Below are positions 63,220 through 64,000 of a stretch of 64,000 bases of DNA, piece by piece. The DNA comes from Clostridiales bacterium (GTDB lineage: Bacteria; Bacillota; Clostridia; Christensenellales; UBA1242), in contig CAKJZJ010000006.1 of assembly GCA_918292005.1 (NCBI GenBank), positions 6,598-70,597 on the forward strand, given 5' to 3'. Under the pieces are notes generated by a model. It was not told the origin of the DNA. It worked only from the letters and a program-made list of their open reading frames with translations, and did not search any database. Every line of letters begins with the position of its first letter. Position 1 is the stretch's first letter. The position numbers were made by a program, and so were the translations under genes.

Positions 63220-64000
63220 ATGTATTTGAAGATTAAGAAAAAATGGCAATTAACCATTGATTTTATTATGATAATCATAGGCACCATGATAATGGGTGTA
63301 GCATTTAGTGTATTTATGGAACCCAATAAAATATCTACTGGTGGTTTTTCTGGCCTTGCTATGATAATTAAATTTTTATTTGAGGGTATAGGTATAAAAT
63401 TTCTTACATCATCAATTATTTACTTTATCCTAAATATTGGTTTATATCTGTATGCTTTAAAGGCACTGGGGCGTAAATTTGCTATAAAAGCGCTGGTTGG
63501 CATTACATCATACTCATTATTTATGGAATTGTTCAAATTACTTCCTATTAATATCCAATACGAACCATTGATATCTGCCATATATGGTGGAGCACTAATG
63601 GGAATTGGATTGGGCTTGGTTGTTCGTTTCGGTGGTTCAACTGGTGGTAGTGATATGATTGCGTGCATCGTTAGGCACAAGAAAAAGTCAATATCTATAG
63701 GTGCAATAGTGGTTTTGGTGGATGTGATAGTAATACTACTTACACTACTAATATTTGCTAATGGTATTGAAATTTTGCCTTATACAATTATTGCATTATT
63801 GCTTGATTTGGTTTGCACCGATTTTGTTAATGAGGGGTATCAACAGGTAAAGGCATACTATATTATTACCGAGAAACCTGATGAAATAGGCACAAAACTA
63901 ATGCAAAAATTGGGTCGTGGATGTACTTTATCCAAGGTTGTGGGCATGCACAGTGGTGAAGAAAAGTCCATAATTACCTGTCTGGTAAGTAAATTTCAGG
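63220..64000 (+). CDS. YitT-family membrane protein (3'-truncated by the window edge; absent from the ORF track)
   Basis: Manual translation from ATG 63220 after AGGAG: MYLKIKKKWQ...PNKISTGGFSGLA...ISAIYGGALMGIGLGLVVRFGGSTGGSD..., which carries YitT/DUF161 signatures. Confidence 0.88.
   Translation, partial: MYLKIKKKWQLTIDFIMIIIGTMIMGVAFSVFMEPNKISTGGFSGLAMIIKFLFEGIGIKFLTSSIIYFILNIGLYLYALKALGRKFAIKALVGITSYSLFMELFKLLPINIQYEPLISAIYGGALMGIGLGLVVRFGGSTGGSDMIACIVRHKKKSISIGAIVVLVDVIVILLTLLIFANGIEILPYTIIALLLDLVCTDFVNEGYQQVKAYYIITEKPDEIGTKLMQKLGRGCTLSKVVGMHSGEEKSIITCLVSKFQ

Noticed and set aside
63420-63680. 86-aa minus-strand ORF in the ORF track
   Set aside because: The plus strand encodes a clear YitT protein here, missed by the track because its stop codon is outside the window.
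1-64000. Alternative genetic code (no TGA stops among called genes)
   Set aside because: All genes translate full length under code 11 with no in-frame TGA, and TAA preference is expected at low GC; uninformative.

Overview
Low-GC chromosomal window from a Clostridia-like Firmicute (RpoC starts MFELNN..., Clostridia-type EF-Tu, S12 without the Bacilli insertion; the exact lineage cannot be called from sequence alone). The first 40.4 kb hold two tandem, collinear, paralogous giant surface proteins. The first is >5080 aa and starts before the window. The second is an 8321-aa predicted lipoprotein. Both are built from Ig-like segments and GLUG-type beta-helix modules. The larger one ends in two tandem NlpC/P60 (CHAP-like) cysteine amidase domains with intact Cys-His-Asp motifs, and no immunity gene follows it. 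The rest is the core transcription/translation cluster: rpoB-rpoC, rpsL-rpsG-fusA-tuf, rpmG-secE-nusG-rplK-rplA, rplJ-rplL, plus a YkpA/YbiT-type ABC-F gene and a partial YitT-family gene. Its gene order is circularly permuted relative to the usual clostridial order, and stand-alone orphan genes are inserted into it. Several antibiotic-target residues are naturally substituted: RpoB H526Q-equivalent, S12 K88R, L11 P26S-equivalent and the RpoC bridge helix. L1- and L10-binding leaders are recognisable, and two unassigned structured 5' leaders are present. No tRNA, rRNA, CRISPR array or transposase was seen.
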